Virus record (IMG/VR): IMGVR_UViG_3300009008_000026
Location: 13,907-77,906 of that record
Length of the DNA: 64,000 bases
Strand: one strand, 5' to 3'
Source of the DNA: a virus
Shown: positions 55,952-64,000 of the stretch, one piece after another
Layout of the letters: the number at the start of each line of letters is the position of its first letter
Numbering within the stretch: the stretch's first letter is position 1
The notes under the pieces: model-generated
What the model saw: the letters and a program-made list of their open reading frames with translations, nothing else
Told to the model about the DNA's origin: nothing
Database searches by the model: none
Made by a program: the position numbers and the translations under genes

Positions 55952-56239
55952 ATGAAAAACTTTTATATACTTGGTGGCGCTGTGGTGGTTGGGCTTGTTG
56001 CTGTTGGACTCAATAGAGCAATCGTTGACTATGATGGTATCCCGGATATAACACTTGCCCCACAAAGAACTATTGCTCTCGCTAGCGATCAACTGACTGA
56101 GTTGGTTTACTTGCCCGACAATACATGCCGGTTTACCGGAGACTTTGATGCAGATATCGATGACTACCGTGCAATCGTAAAATCATGTCTTGATCTTCGC
56201 CACCGCGAAATGAGAATCGAACCGATTTATATGCACTAA
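55952..56239 (+). CDS. membrane-anchored hypothetical protein
   Basis: Hydrophobic N-terminus; ACTATTTAT at 55895. Confidence 0.65.
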   Translation: MKNFYILGGAVVVGLVAVGLNRAIVDYDGIPDITLAPQRTIALASDQLTELVYLPDNTCRFTGDFDADIDDYRAIVKSCLDLRHREMRIEPIYMH

Positions 56240-56256
56240 ATCATCGACACTGTGCT

Positions 56257-56499
56257 ATGGAAGTTGTGAGTCTCCGAGTCGGCGACATCATCGTCGACCA
56301 AATCACTGGAAATATCGGATTGTTAATGGAGCGCGTGTTGCTTACTAACGGCGGAGCTGACGATGTGCTGGCGCTGTGGGCATGGGAAGTGTATTGGATA
56401 GGTGCTGGTATTCATCCCGGAAGTCGACTAACCACGTGGACTGAATTTGGGTTGCTTAGCATTATAAAAACTGGGACTTATCGCCACCATGGAAGCTAG
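56257..56499 (+). CDS. SH3/KOW-like minigene family member
   Basis: LRVGDIIVD...IGLLM...WEVYW. Confidence 0.65.
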   Translation: MEVVSLRVGDIIVDQITGNIGLLMERVLLTNGGADDVLALWAWEVYWIGAGIHPGSRLTTWTEFGLLSIIKTGTYRHHGS

Positions 56500-56506
56500 T
56501 TATGGT

Positions 56507-56800
56507 ATGTCTGATAAAAGTAAGTTGCAAACTCAACTCGAACGCGTTATACTATGTGTAGGTGATATTATTGTCGACACGATAAGTGGCGGCGGTGGAA
56601 CCTTAATTGCGCGTAGGAGACATATTGACATTGAAGAGGATGATGTTTACCTCTGGGAAATCAAGTGGTTTAACATTGCTTCTCAAGAACATGTCCCCTC
56701 TCCCATAAGAGAAGAATCGGAACTTAAGCTTTCAATTGTAGCTGGAACCTATATATTACACTCTGTGAATGGAAAAACCTTTGAGCGCTTACACATTTAG
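56507..56800 (+). CDS. SH3/KOW-like minigene family member (paralog of 56257)
   Basis: LCVGDIIVD...WEIKW...L.LSI..GTY. Confidence 0.65.
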   Translation: MSDKSKLQTQLERVILCVGDIIVDTISGGGGTLIARRRHIDIEEDDVYLWEIKWFNIASQEHVPSPIREESELKLSIVAGTYILHSVNGKTFERLHI

Positions 56801-56815
56801 TTTAGGAAAAATTTA

Positions 56816-57082
56816 GTGGAAAAATTTGATCGATTGGCGGGCGAAAAAGGGCTGATTTTGAGAAGGGACATGTCCGACACTGTTGTCTCTCTTGCCGCCG
56901 CGGGCGGTGTTGCTTTGGAGGGTGCCAATGCGTGCGGGGGCTTGGTGTTTGCCGCGCTTTCTCACTGGAAGTGGCAGTGGGCTGTTCTCGACTCTCAAAC
57001 TCTGAGCTACCTGCATGGAATCTCGCCGCGGTTTGATACCGCCGAGGAGGCAGAAAAGTGGATAGAGCGCGCTTCGAGATGA
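56816..57082 (+). CDS. hypothetical protein
   Basis: ORF; start uncertain. Confidence 0.45.
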   Translation: MEKFDRLAGEKGLILRRDMSDTVVSLAAAGGVALEGANACGGLVFAALSHWKWQWAVLDSQTLSYLHGISPRFDTAEEAEKWIERASR

Positions 57083-57300
57083 AAGACGTTGAGTGGTTAA
57101 TCTCTATCGGTGATTTAATAAAAGTCATAACGTATTCTGTTGATGACTATGGCAAAGTCTCCTATGGGATCGTCGTTGCAAAAACGGACGAAGATCAAAT
57201 GTTTCTTTTTCCCTCTGTTGATGTGTATATGTTTGGATCGAAAAAGATAACAACATATGCGGCTGGGCGTGTGGAAGTGATCTCGGGGAAATATCTCTAA
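57079..57300 (+). CDS. SH3/KOW-like minigene family member
   Basis: ISIGDLIKV...YGIVV...VEVISG. Confidence 0.65.
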   Translation: MKDVEWLISIGDLIKVITYSVDDYGKVSYGIVVAKTDEDQMFLFPSVDVYMFGSKKITTYAAGRVEVISGKYL

Positions 57301-57367
57301 GATTTATTTCAGCAGCCGGCACTTTGACTACTTACTACAGAACTTGTTTAACTATTAGGGGTGTTGT

Positions 57368-58102
57368 ATGAAGTATTTATTTTTTGTGTTAAGTTTGCTC
57401 GGGGTTGTTTTCACCTCCACAAGTGTTGAGGCGTCAGGAACAAATATAGGCGCTGAAGTCCACCGCACCATCGAAATAAGTTCGCAGTTTAGTGAAGTCG
57501 AAACAAAAGTTCGAAACGCAGCAGTAAGGGTTATAACTGCTGAAGGCGGTCACGGATCTGGGTCGTTGATCCAATACAAAGATATGCAGCTTATTGTTAC
57601 AGCACAGCATGTTGCCTCTGATTTGGTTGGAACGGTATATCGAGTCATTCGTGGCACAGAATTAAGAACCGCGGTTTTGGTATATTCAAACGAGGCGCGC
57701 GATCATGCAATTCTCTGGGTTGATTCTCCTTATGAAGACGGCGCTATTCGATGGGACCCCCGACGCGAAATCGCGCCAGTAGGACAAAGGATAACATATT
57801 CTGGTTATCCGGGTGCACACAATTTAATGACTTTTAGGGGACGAGTTGCCGGGTATGAAACAATGAGCGATGGCTCTACGAATATCTTACTACACACTTA
57901 TGGTTATTTTGGATGTTCAGGCTCTTTAGTTTATGATGGGTCCGGCGAAATAGTAGGAGTCTTGTGGGGCATTGATGTGGGTCGAGGAGGAGTACCGGTA
58001 GAAAGCATGGTCTGGGTATCTCCGATACAAAACCTTAATATAACCTATGCACTGCGGTCTATCTGCAGGACGCTAGGTGATGGTCCTCGGGCATGCCGAT
58101 AG
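57368..58102 (+). CDS. secreted trypsin-like serine protease
   Basis: Signal peptide; VTAQHV, DHAIL, GCSGSLV. Confidence 0.82.
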   Translation: MKYLFFVLSLLGVVFTSTSVEASGTNIGAEVHRTIEISSQFSEVETKVRNAAVRVITAEGGHGSGSLIQYKDMQLIVTAQHVASDLVGTVYRVIRGTELRTAVLVYSNEARDHAILWVDSPYEDGAIRWDPRREIAPVGQRITYSGYPGAHNLMTFRGRVAGYETMSDGSTNILLHTYGYFGCSGSLVYDGSGEIVGVLWGIDVGRGGVPVESMVWVSPIQNLNITYALRSICRTLGDGPRACR

Positions 58103-58563
58103 AAGCGCCATCATGGCGCCGGTTCTTAAACGAAAGCAAAAATGAAGAATATGCTGCTGGAATTGTTGTGTGTCTTGACGAAAACGCGCGGTTTCTCGTT
58201 ATACGACGAGGACCTAACGATGATCGAGAAGGGCAATGGACAATCCCAGGCGGACATATAGACGACGAGGACGCGTCAATCGAGTCTGGTGCGCAGAGAG
58301 AGCTTAAGGAAGAGACTAATTTACATGTAGAACTTAGTGATATGCGGTATATTGGCATGCCAAAGCCAAAAAAGTATTATTATCTGGCTTTCTCTTGGCA
58401 AGGTGAGGTGAAAATTGACATACCTAACCCCAAAACTGGTGTCATTGAACATGACGATTATAAGTGGGCAACCATTAAAGAGATAAAAGGATTGGATAAT
58501 ACCGAAATACCAATCTATTTATTGGAAGAAGCATTAGAATATTATAAGGAACACAAAAAATGA
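58093..58563 (+). CDS. NUDIX hydrolase with the W-motif N-terminus
   Basis: PGGHID...AQRELKEETNL Nudix box; SWRRFLNE. Confidence 0.88.
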   Translation: MPIEAPSWRRFLNESKNEEYAAGIVVCLDENARFLVIRRGPNDDREGQWTIPGGHIDDEDASIESGAQRELKEETNLHVELSDMRYIGMPKPKKYYYLAFSWQGEVKIDIPNPKTGVIEHDDYKWATIKEIKGLDNTEIPIYLLEEALEYYKEHKK

Positions 58564-58817
58564 GATTTTTATTGGCGGCTGCAGTCTTTTTTAGTGGATT
58601 TGCATATGCAGACCCCCCTGAAACATCTGAAGATGTTGAAATACGCTATCGCGCGCGAACTGAAATTGACTTTGAGGGTGTGGATGTCGCGGGAACATTA
58701 GTTCGTCCCCAAGGATCCTTAATTCTTGATAGAAAAAAGGGTGCATTCAATCCATTGATTAGATTAAGGGAAGAATTTAACGACGAAATTTCGGATTCAA
58801 CCGGATTAATTAGATAA
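58560..58817 (+). CDS. CglF/GltF-like small secreted protein (adventurous gliding motility protein homolog)
   Basis: Signal peptide; YRARTEIDFEGVDVAGTLVRPQG...FNPLIRLREEFNDEI. Confidence 0.6.
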   Translation: MRFLLAAAVFFSGFAYADPPETSEDVEIRYRARTEIDFEGVDVAGTLVRPQGSLILDRKKGAFNPLIRLREEFNDEISDSTGLIR

Positions 58818-58829
58818 GGTAGGAAACCT

Positions 58830-61667
58830 GTGGCACTTAAAGTTAGAATTGGCAAAAAACGCTCCAAATTATGCATTGCTGAGTCGAAAAAACGTGTAAT
58901 TGTTGAAAATACGCTTATACAAGAGCTTGAAGAGGATGAATTAGAACACATTCGTGGCATTCTTGACAAGATGGAAGACGATCCAGACTCGGTTGCCTTC
59001 CGAGAGTTGTTTGATGATAAATTTCGTCGGATAATTGACTTTCCAACAACAGATAGCGCCACCGAGACCGGTCGATTTGTCTCTTTGTGGGATCAAATGG
59101 GTTATGACGTCAATTGGAACAAGGGTATCATCTCTGCAGAGAGAGAGCTAAAGTCAGGGACACCCGAACAAGAGCTTTTAGCAACAATGGGGTTTGGGGA
59201 AGCTCCAATAAAGAAAAAACGCAAAATTCAGATGAAAATCGGCAAATTCTTCGGTAAATTGGCAGATTTGACTGCTAAAAAGAAAGTTTTGACCGATAAA
59301 GTGCTTGATTTTGCTAAAAATAACAGAGATAAGCTCCCTACGAAGTTTGGAGCGAGATTCCCTAGGTCTGCTCGTGACATCACAGGTGAGATGTTAGAGA
59401 CAGCGCTTACGCCGGAAGAAATAAAGAGATTTAATCAAATTGATAATCAACTCGACATGTATGGTGTTGACAAGATTAAATTACCAAACTTTCGTGCTAC
59501 AGAGGCTGAATTTAAGGATTTACAAGCTTATTGGCAAAAAAATGCCGATTATTTGAAAAAGAACATTGAGAAACTTAGGGATTCTGACACTTACTCAATT
59601 ATCCTCACAAGACACCCAATTGATGTTTTACGTATGGCAGACTTTCAGGAGTTTGCTTCATGTCATAGTCCACCCTCGCAGGGATACGGCGATGGTGAGT
59701 ACTATAAGTGTGCGGTCGCCGAAGCACACGGTGAAGGTGCTGTTGCTTATGTTGTAAATACTGACGAACTTTTGGCTATGACTGATTCCGGTACAATTGA
59801 TGAAGCAGAAGAAAAGATAAATACAGTTGAAGAGATTTTCGATGATAAAGTGAGAGATGTTGAAGGACTACCTTATAGTTACTCACCTACCGGCAGACCC
59901 CTAGGCGGAACAATCATGCCTGTGTCGCGGTTGCGGTTGCGATTGGCAAAAGTAATGAGGGAAATGGGACAAGATCAATTCTTGAAAAAGAAACTTAAAG
60001 ATATGTCTCCAGAGGAAGTCGAGGCGTTTAAATCGGGAGACTATAAAAACCTCCCAGCGAATTCAAAAATGAGCACAGAGATAGCTGTACCAGAGACGCG
60101 AGTTTATGGTGAGAAGCTTCCCGGCATTGGAGATCGACTATTACGCTGGGCGCAAGAACAACAAGCTGACATTATCGAAAATCTACCAAGAGCCGAAGAT
60201 GGCAAGATTGATTTAAATCAAATTACCTTCTTTGGCGGGCACTATTCAGATAGTGGAGGCTTGAAGGGACTAGATCAAAGATTCCGCGACCTCATAGGAT
60301 TGACGTCAAACGAGACATACGGCAAAAGCCGCCAAGATAGATCTGTGGAAGATAGTTTAGACGATGATTTGTTGTATAGTTCAAGAGAGAGGGTCCTTCA
60401 TAACGAATGTGAAGAAATTGCAGACGAGTTCAACAATCTCATGAAGTATTTTACAGTTGGATTTGAGGTAATGGATGATGGGGGTGGAGATTTTTATATA
60501 AAAGTCGATGCTGCTCTAGAGTTAAGTTTTGATGATTTTGAAAGACTACCAAATGTACACCAAGCTTTCGACATCGCACAAGAAGCCATAGGACAAATGA
60601 ATGATTATCCTTATTCGAGAGATGGGGTGATAAGAGATGTCTTCAATGATTACCCTAGGATCGTTAACAAACCGGGGAGTACGGGTATTCCGACGCGCTA
60701 TCGGAAAATCGCTGGTGGTTCCGGAAAGACTTATAAGAATGAACCCAAAATAACTTTCTTCATAGATGTTGAGCCAGAGGGGATAGATGACCTGGAAGTG
60801 GGGTATGTGTTTGGTCCCGACGGGTTTGCATCCTTTTGTGCAGAAATCAATAAGTTTGACGACATGGAAAATGATCACGACGCATTTTCCAAGCTCTTCG
60901 AAAAGTTATTTAAGACCGAAGGTTTTATGTCCGGAGGGGCTTTTATACAGTGGGCTAATGAGCTTTCCGTAGATTCAAATCTGTATTATGAGTGGGGTTA
61001 TGACGTAGGAGACTCTTACGACGGCGATCATTTCGAAAGTATAGACATTTATACAACTGACACGTATCTAGACCTCTCCGAGTATGTTGATAAAGAGAAG
61101 TTTGCAGTTAAATGGGATACCAGCGGTACTCCCATAAAAGCTTTTGTGAACAACTATCCCGTGGCGTATGTCTATCGTGCAGATGATGGCAGTTTTGAAG
61201 TAACAGAATCAGAGAACATGAATGGTTATTATGAGTCTTTTGAAACAGTTAAGGCATCTATTGAAGCAGGACAAGCAAATAATGAGTATGCTTACGACAT
61301 GATCAAAAAAGTGCTTGGAAGTAGAGAGTTCTCTCTCGCGCTTAAACAAAAGTTAGTGGGACCACATTTAGATGAGTCCGGGTATTGGCCTCCCAACTGG
61401 AGTGTGAAGTATCGAGTGATGCCTTCTGATGATGGTGAAATAGAAATCCTTATCCGCATGGAGGCAGATTCTGATGCCCCTGACGGCGCCATACGTTCTA
61501 TGAGAGAAACTGTCGAAGAGTGGGAAGATCAAGACGAGTTGAGAGCAGCTGTTAAAAGTGTGGTCGATGCGTCGATGAGAAAAGTAAGTCAAAATAAACA
61601 ATCTAAAGATCCTCTTTCGGAAAGTAAGAGGATAGTAAATATATGGAAGGAGTTCTTAAGAACATGA
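58830..61667 (+). CDS. large putative virion protein, paralog of 28776..33803
   Basis: RHPIDVLRM, SCHS, CAVAEAHG, RLRLR, AVPETRVYG; C-terminal LSESKRIVNIWKEFL. Confidence 0.8.
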   Translation: MALKVRIGKKRSKLCIAESKKRVIVENTLIQELEEDELEHIRGILDKMEDDPDSVAFRELFDDKFRRIIDFPTTDSATETGRFVSLWDQMGYDVNWNKGIISAERELKSGTPEQELLATMGFGEAPIKKKRKIQMKIGKFFGKLADLTAKKKVLTDKVLDFAKNNRDKLPTKFGARFPRSARDITGEMLETALTPEEIKRFNQIDNQLDMYGVDKIKLPNFRATEAEFKDLQAYWQKNADYLKKNIEKLRDSDTYSIILTRHPIDVLRMADFQEFASCHSPPSQGYGDGEYYKCAVAEAHGEGAVAYVVNTDELLAMTDSGTIDEAEEKINTVEEIFDDKVRDVEGLPYSYSPTGRPLGGTIMPVSRLRLRLAKVMREMGQDQFLKKKLKDMSPEEVEAFKSGDYKNLPANSKMSTEIAVPETRVYGEKLPGIGDRLLRWAQEQQADIIENLPRAEDGKIDLNQITFFGGHYSDSGGLKGLDQRFRDLIGLTSNETYGKSRQDRSVEDSLDDDLLYSSRERVLHNECEEIADEFNNLMKYFTVGFEVMDDGGGDFYIKVDAALELSFDDFERLPNVHQAFDIAQEAIGQMNDYPYSRDGVIRDVFNDYPRIVNKPGSTGIPTRYRKIAGGSGKTYKNEPKITFFIDVEPEGIDDLEVGYVFGPDGFASFCAEINKFDDMENDHDAFSKLFEKLFKTEGFMSGGAFIQWANELSVDSNLYYEWGYDVGDSYDGDHFESIDIYTTDTYLDLSEYVDKEKFAVKWDTSGTPIKAFVNNYPVAYVYRADDGSFEVTESENMNGYYESFETVKASIEAGQANNEYAYDMIKKVLGSREFSLALKQKLVGPHLDESGYWPPNWSVKYRVMPSDDGEIEILIRMEADSDAPDGAIRSMRETVEEWEDQDELRAAVKSVVDASMRKVSQNKQSKDPLSESKRIVNIWKEFLRT

Positions 61668-62083
61668 AACTAATAATAGAAAACTGGCAAAAATTTATGG
61701 CTGAGGCTTATATGAGAGATTTATCTCCCGAAGAAGAAGAAAAGGCGACAAAGCTTATCGCACAGATCGGAAAAGAGTATGTCGGATATCCTGAAGAAGT
61801 ACAAACGATCCTTCACCTATTGGACAATTTTTTAAGTTTAGATAGCAACGCTATGCACGATGTAGTAATAAAAGTTAATAAAGAATTAAAAGATTGGCAT
61901 GCCGCTTGTTATTGGAATGATGACTGCGAATGGAACACCCAAGGAGAGCATTCCAACAAATACAGTCGAGGGCGCCCAACAAAACCGTTATTGACACAAA
62001 CCGTTGACGCAGCTTTAAGGTCCCTTGCGATGGTGGCCACCGATGCGAAGGGCGGCACTATGCACAAGGCGCTTAAACGTTGA
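61664..62083 (+). CDS. MKLxxExW-motif protein
   Basis: MKLIIENWQKFMAE. Confidence 0.7.
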   Translation: MKLIIENWQKFMAEAYMRDLSPEEEEKATKLIAQIGKEYVGYPEEVQTILHLLDNFLSLDSNAMHDVVIKVNKELKDWHAACYWNDDCEWNTQGEHSNKYSRGRPTKPLLTQTVDAALRSLAMVATDAKGGTMHKALKR

Positions 62084-62262
62084 AAGCTTTATTTAAAAAA
62101 CTTTATCGCGATCTTTGTTTAGTTGCAATCGGAATGAACATCAGTTTTGTTGCTATTGCTGTAATTACAAAGGAACCAAACTTAGTTTTATTAGGATCTG
62201 TCTCGGCAATTCTTTGCGGTGTTGGAGCATGGCATAACTTTCCAAAGGAAAAAGAAGAATGA
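62080..62262 (+). CDS. 2-TM small membrane protein
   Basis: Two hydrophobic helices. Confidence 0.55.
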   Translation: MKALFKKLYRDLCLVAIGMNISFVAIAVITKEPNLVLLGSVSAILCGVGAWHNFPKEKEE

Positions 62263-62714
62263 AATTATTAATGGAAAATTGGCGTACGTACGTGAATGAA
62301 GAAACACTCAAGTCCGAAATGCTTGAATTGCTTACGAACAATGGAATAGTGCTCTCTGAAGAACAATTAAATGAGATTAAATGGAAAGATCTGCTGAGTA
62401 AGTATGGGACTAAAGCTGCTGTATTGGCAGCCCTAGCCTTACCCGGCGCGCCCGCCCAAGCCGGCATAGGCGATTGGTTTGGAGGAGGAGGCGCAGAATC
62501 TAGCCAAGAACAAGCAGCGCCAGAAGAAGGCCCATCTGAGGATGGAAACTCTTTCACTGCTAAATTTGAGGTAGCGGGTGATATACAACTGTCTATGCAA
62601 GCAGCAGATTCATTAGCTTTAGAGGGAGCCGCTGATAACGGTTTGCAAGGAGCAGAGGTTACTTCCAGAATGCAGTCTGGCGGCTTCATTTATTCAACGG
62701 CGTCAGTAAACTAA
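62259..62714 (+). CDS. MKLxxExW-motif protein with internal signal-like segment
   Basis: MKLLMENWRTYVNEE...LSEEQLNE...AAVLAALALPGAPAQA. Confidence 0.7.
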   Translation: MKLLMENWRTYVNEETLKSEMLELLTNNGIVLSEEQLNEIKWKDLLSKYGTKAAVLAALALPGAPAQAGIGDWFGGGGAESSQEQAAPEEGPSEDGNSFTAKFEVAGDIQLSMQAADSLALEGAADNGLQGAEVTSRMQSGGFIYSTASVN

Positions 62715-62716
62715 AT

Positions 62717-63826
62717 ATGAAACTCCTGTTTGAAAGCTGGCGAAGGTTCTATTCAGACAGACCTCGATTTGTTCTGTCCGAAGAACGCGAGGAGTTTCCC
62801 ACTATGACCCCCATAGAGGGTCCGGGTAGGCAAACCCCTAGGGCAGTCGAAGAACAGTGGTTAAAAGACGCTACAGAGGGCTTAAAACCGTATGGATACT
62901 ACCCCATCAAGAAGCTTGGTGAGGGACAGTACGGGAAAGTCTATCTTTCGAAGGATTTTAAGACAGAAACACCGGTTGCTGTCAAGATTGTCTCGAAAAT
63001 GAGTGATAAATGGGGACGCGAACGCGATAACTACGCATTTGCTATGGAAAATGCTAGTTCTATGGACCCTAAATTTGCTGGCTATCTACCTGTAGTTTAT
63101 GACATTAAGGAAGATGAATACGCTGTATACATTATAATGGAGCTTTTGGAGCCGGCACCAAAGGAAGTAATCAACCAACTTCTTGCAAGAGATAACTCTT
63201 ATGACACAGATCCCGACAAAGAAAAGAGGATTTTTGCCTCTGAAGCCGCAATTAATGACTTAATTGATATGGCGTTGAACAAAATGCCCGAATCGCCTAG
63301 ATTAACGATGTCCCAGATTGGATTTAAACAAGAACACATTGATGGAATCCGGCGTATAGCTCTCAATAGGTTTCTGAAAGGAGCAGTTCTTACTTCGGAA
63401 GAGAAAGAGAAACTAGATTTTATTGATTTTGCCAAGATGGGAGATCCACAGTCCGAGCGCATGCGACTCCATCGGTTGTTGGGCGCAGAGATTTATCACA
63501 TGACTGCACAGGTCTCGCCGTACCCAGTAGAAATGATGGCGAGGTCAATAATAGAGATGTTAGAAGATTCAATCCACCAAGCAATCTATAAACAGATTGT
63601 TCCTATTCACCAGGCCACCAGCGTTCACGATACCACCACTTCTGGTGCTAGTGCTGGGATGTTAAGCGCTTTCCCAGAGGCAGAGGGAATTATGTCCGCT
63701 ATGAAATACTTTGATAAGAGGCACCATTTTGAACCGAAAGACGTACATTTTAAAAATGTTATGATGAGACCAAAGGACGGCCATCTAGTTATTGTAGATC
63801 TCGGATTGTTTGTGATAAAGAGGTAA
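62717..63826 (+). CDS. Ser/Thr protein kinase-like protein with MKLxxExW motif
   Basis: LGEGQYGKVY, VAVK, E, IIMELL, DVHFKNVM, VDLG. Confidence 0.85.
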   Translation: MKLLFESWRRFYSDRPRFVLSEEREEFPTMTPIEGPGRQTPRAVEEQWLKDATEGLKPYGYYPIKKLGEGQYGKVYLSKDFKTETPVAVKIVSKMSDKWGRERDNYAFAMENASSMDPKFAGYLPVVYDIKEDEYAVYIIMELLEPAPKEVINQLLARDNSYDTDPDKEKRIFASEAAINDLIDMALNKMPESPRLTMSQIGFKQEHIDGIRRIALNRFLKGAVLTSEEKEKLDFIDFAKMGDPQSERMRLHRLLGAEIYHMTAQVSPYPVEMMARSIIEMLEDSIHQAIYKQIVPIHQATSVHDTTTSGASAGMLSAFPEAEGIMSAMKYFDKRHHFEPKDVHFKNVMMRPKDGHLVIVDLGLFVIKR

Positions 63827-63830
63827 ATGA

Positions 63831-64000
63831 ATGAAACTCCTACTTGAACAATGGCGAGAGTATTTGAAAGAGCAAGAGACGATTGCTGTGGGGCAATGCT
63901 ATCCGTTCGCTGTTGAAATGTCAAACAATTCATCAAAGTCTGAATTTGCTGACTTGTCCAAGTTCAAGGTTGTGCATGGTAGAGTCACTGATAAGTTCAG
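63831..64000 (+). CDS. MKLxxExW-motif protein (partial, runs off the window)
   Basis: MKLLLEQWREYLKEQ...GQCYPFA...VVHG. Confidence 0.7.
   Translation, partial: MKLLLEQWREYLKEQETIAVGQCYPFAVEMSNNSSKSEFADLSKFKVVHGRVTDKF

Noticed and set aside
772-63936. Minus-strand and nested alternative-frame ORFs from the track
   Set aside because: They are shadows of longer + strand genes with recognisable motifs, RBSs and coupling, and none has a recognisable motif of its own.
1-64000. Stop-codon reassignment
   Set aside because: Conserved genes are full length under the standard code and end in TAA, TAG and TGA, and there is no suppressor tRNA.

Overview
This is a 64-kb segment of a large dsDNA (jumbo-type) bacteriophage genome. 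It uses the standard genetic code, and essentially all credible genes lie on the + strand, tightly packed and often overlapping. From 0 to 38 kb it carries a replication, metabolism and proteostasis module: 5'-3' exonuclease, DnaB/gp41-type helicase, class II RNR, GroES, amidase, DnaE, HNH-AP2 endonuclease, two ClpP, a J-domain protein, methyltransferases, IMPDH/GMP reductase, GroEL and trypsin-like proteases, interspersed with probable virion proteins. From 38.8 to 40.6 kb there is an RNA-rich island with an H-type pseudoknot, a ~207-nt rod-like RNA, tRNA-Asn and tRNA-Ile(UAU). From 41 to 53.8 kb is an accessory or early region punctuated by nine copies of a 56-bp promoter-like repeat and filled with a family of 'MKVGDLV...LEVIS' SH3/KOW-like minigenes chained by a conserved, dual-coded 14-nt overlap. 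From 53.85 to 55.0 kb is an AT-rich non-coding block that may be an origin or packaging site. From 55 to 64 kb are late-type genes, many sharing an N-terminal MKLxxExWRxFLxE motif (kinase, NUDIX and others), plus a CglF-like gene that hints at a Myxococcota/Bdellovibrionota-type host. All functional calls come from motif recognition by eye; no database searches were run.
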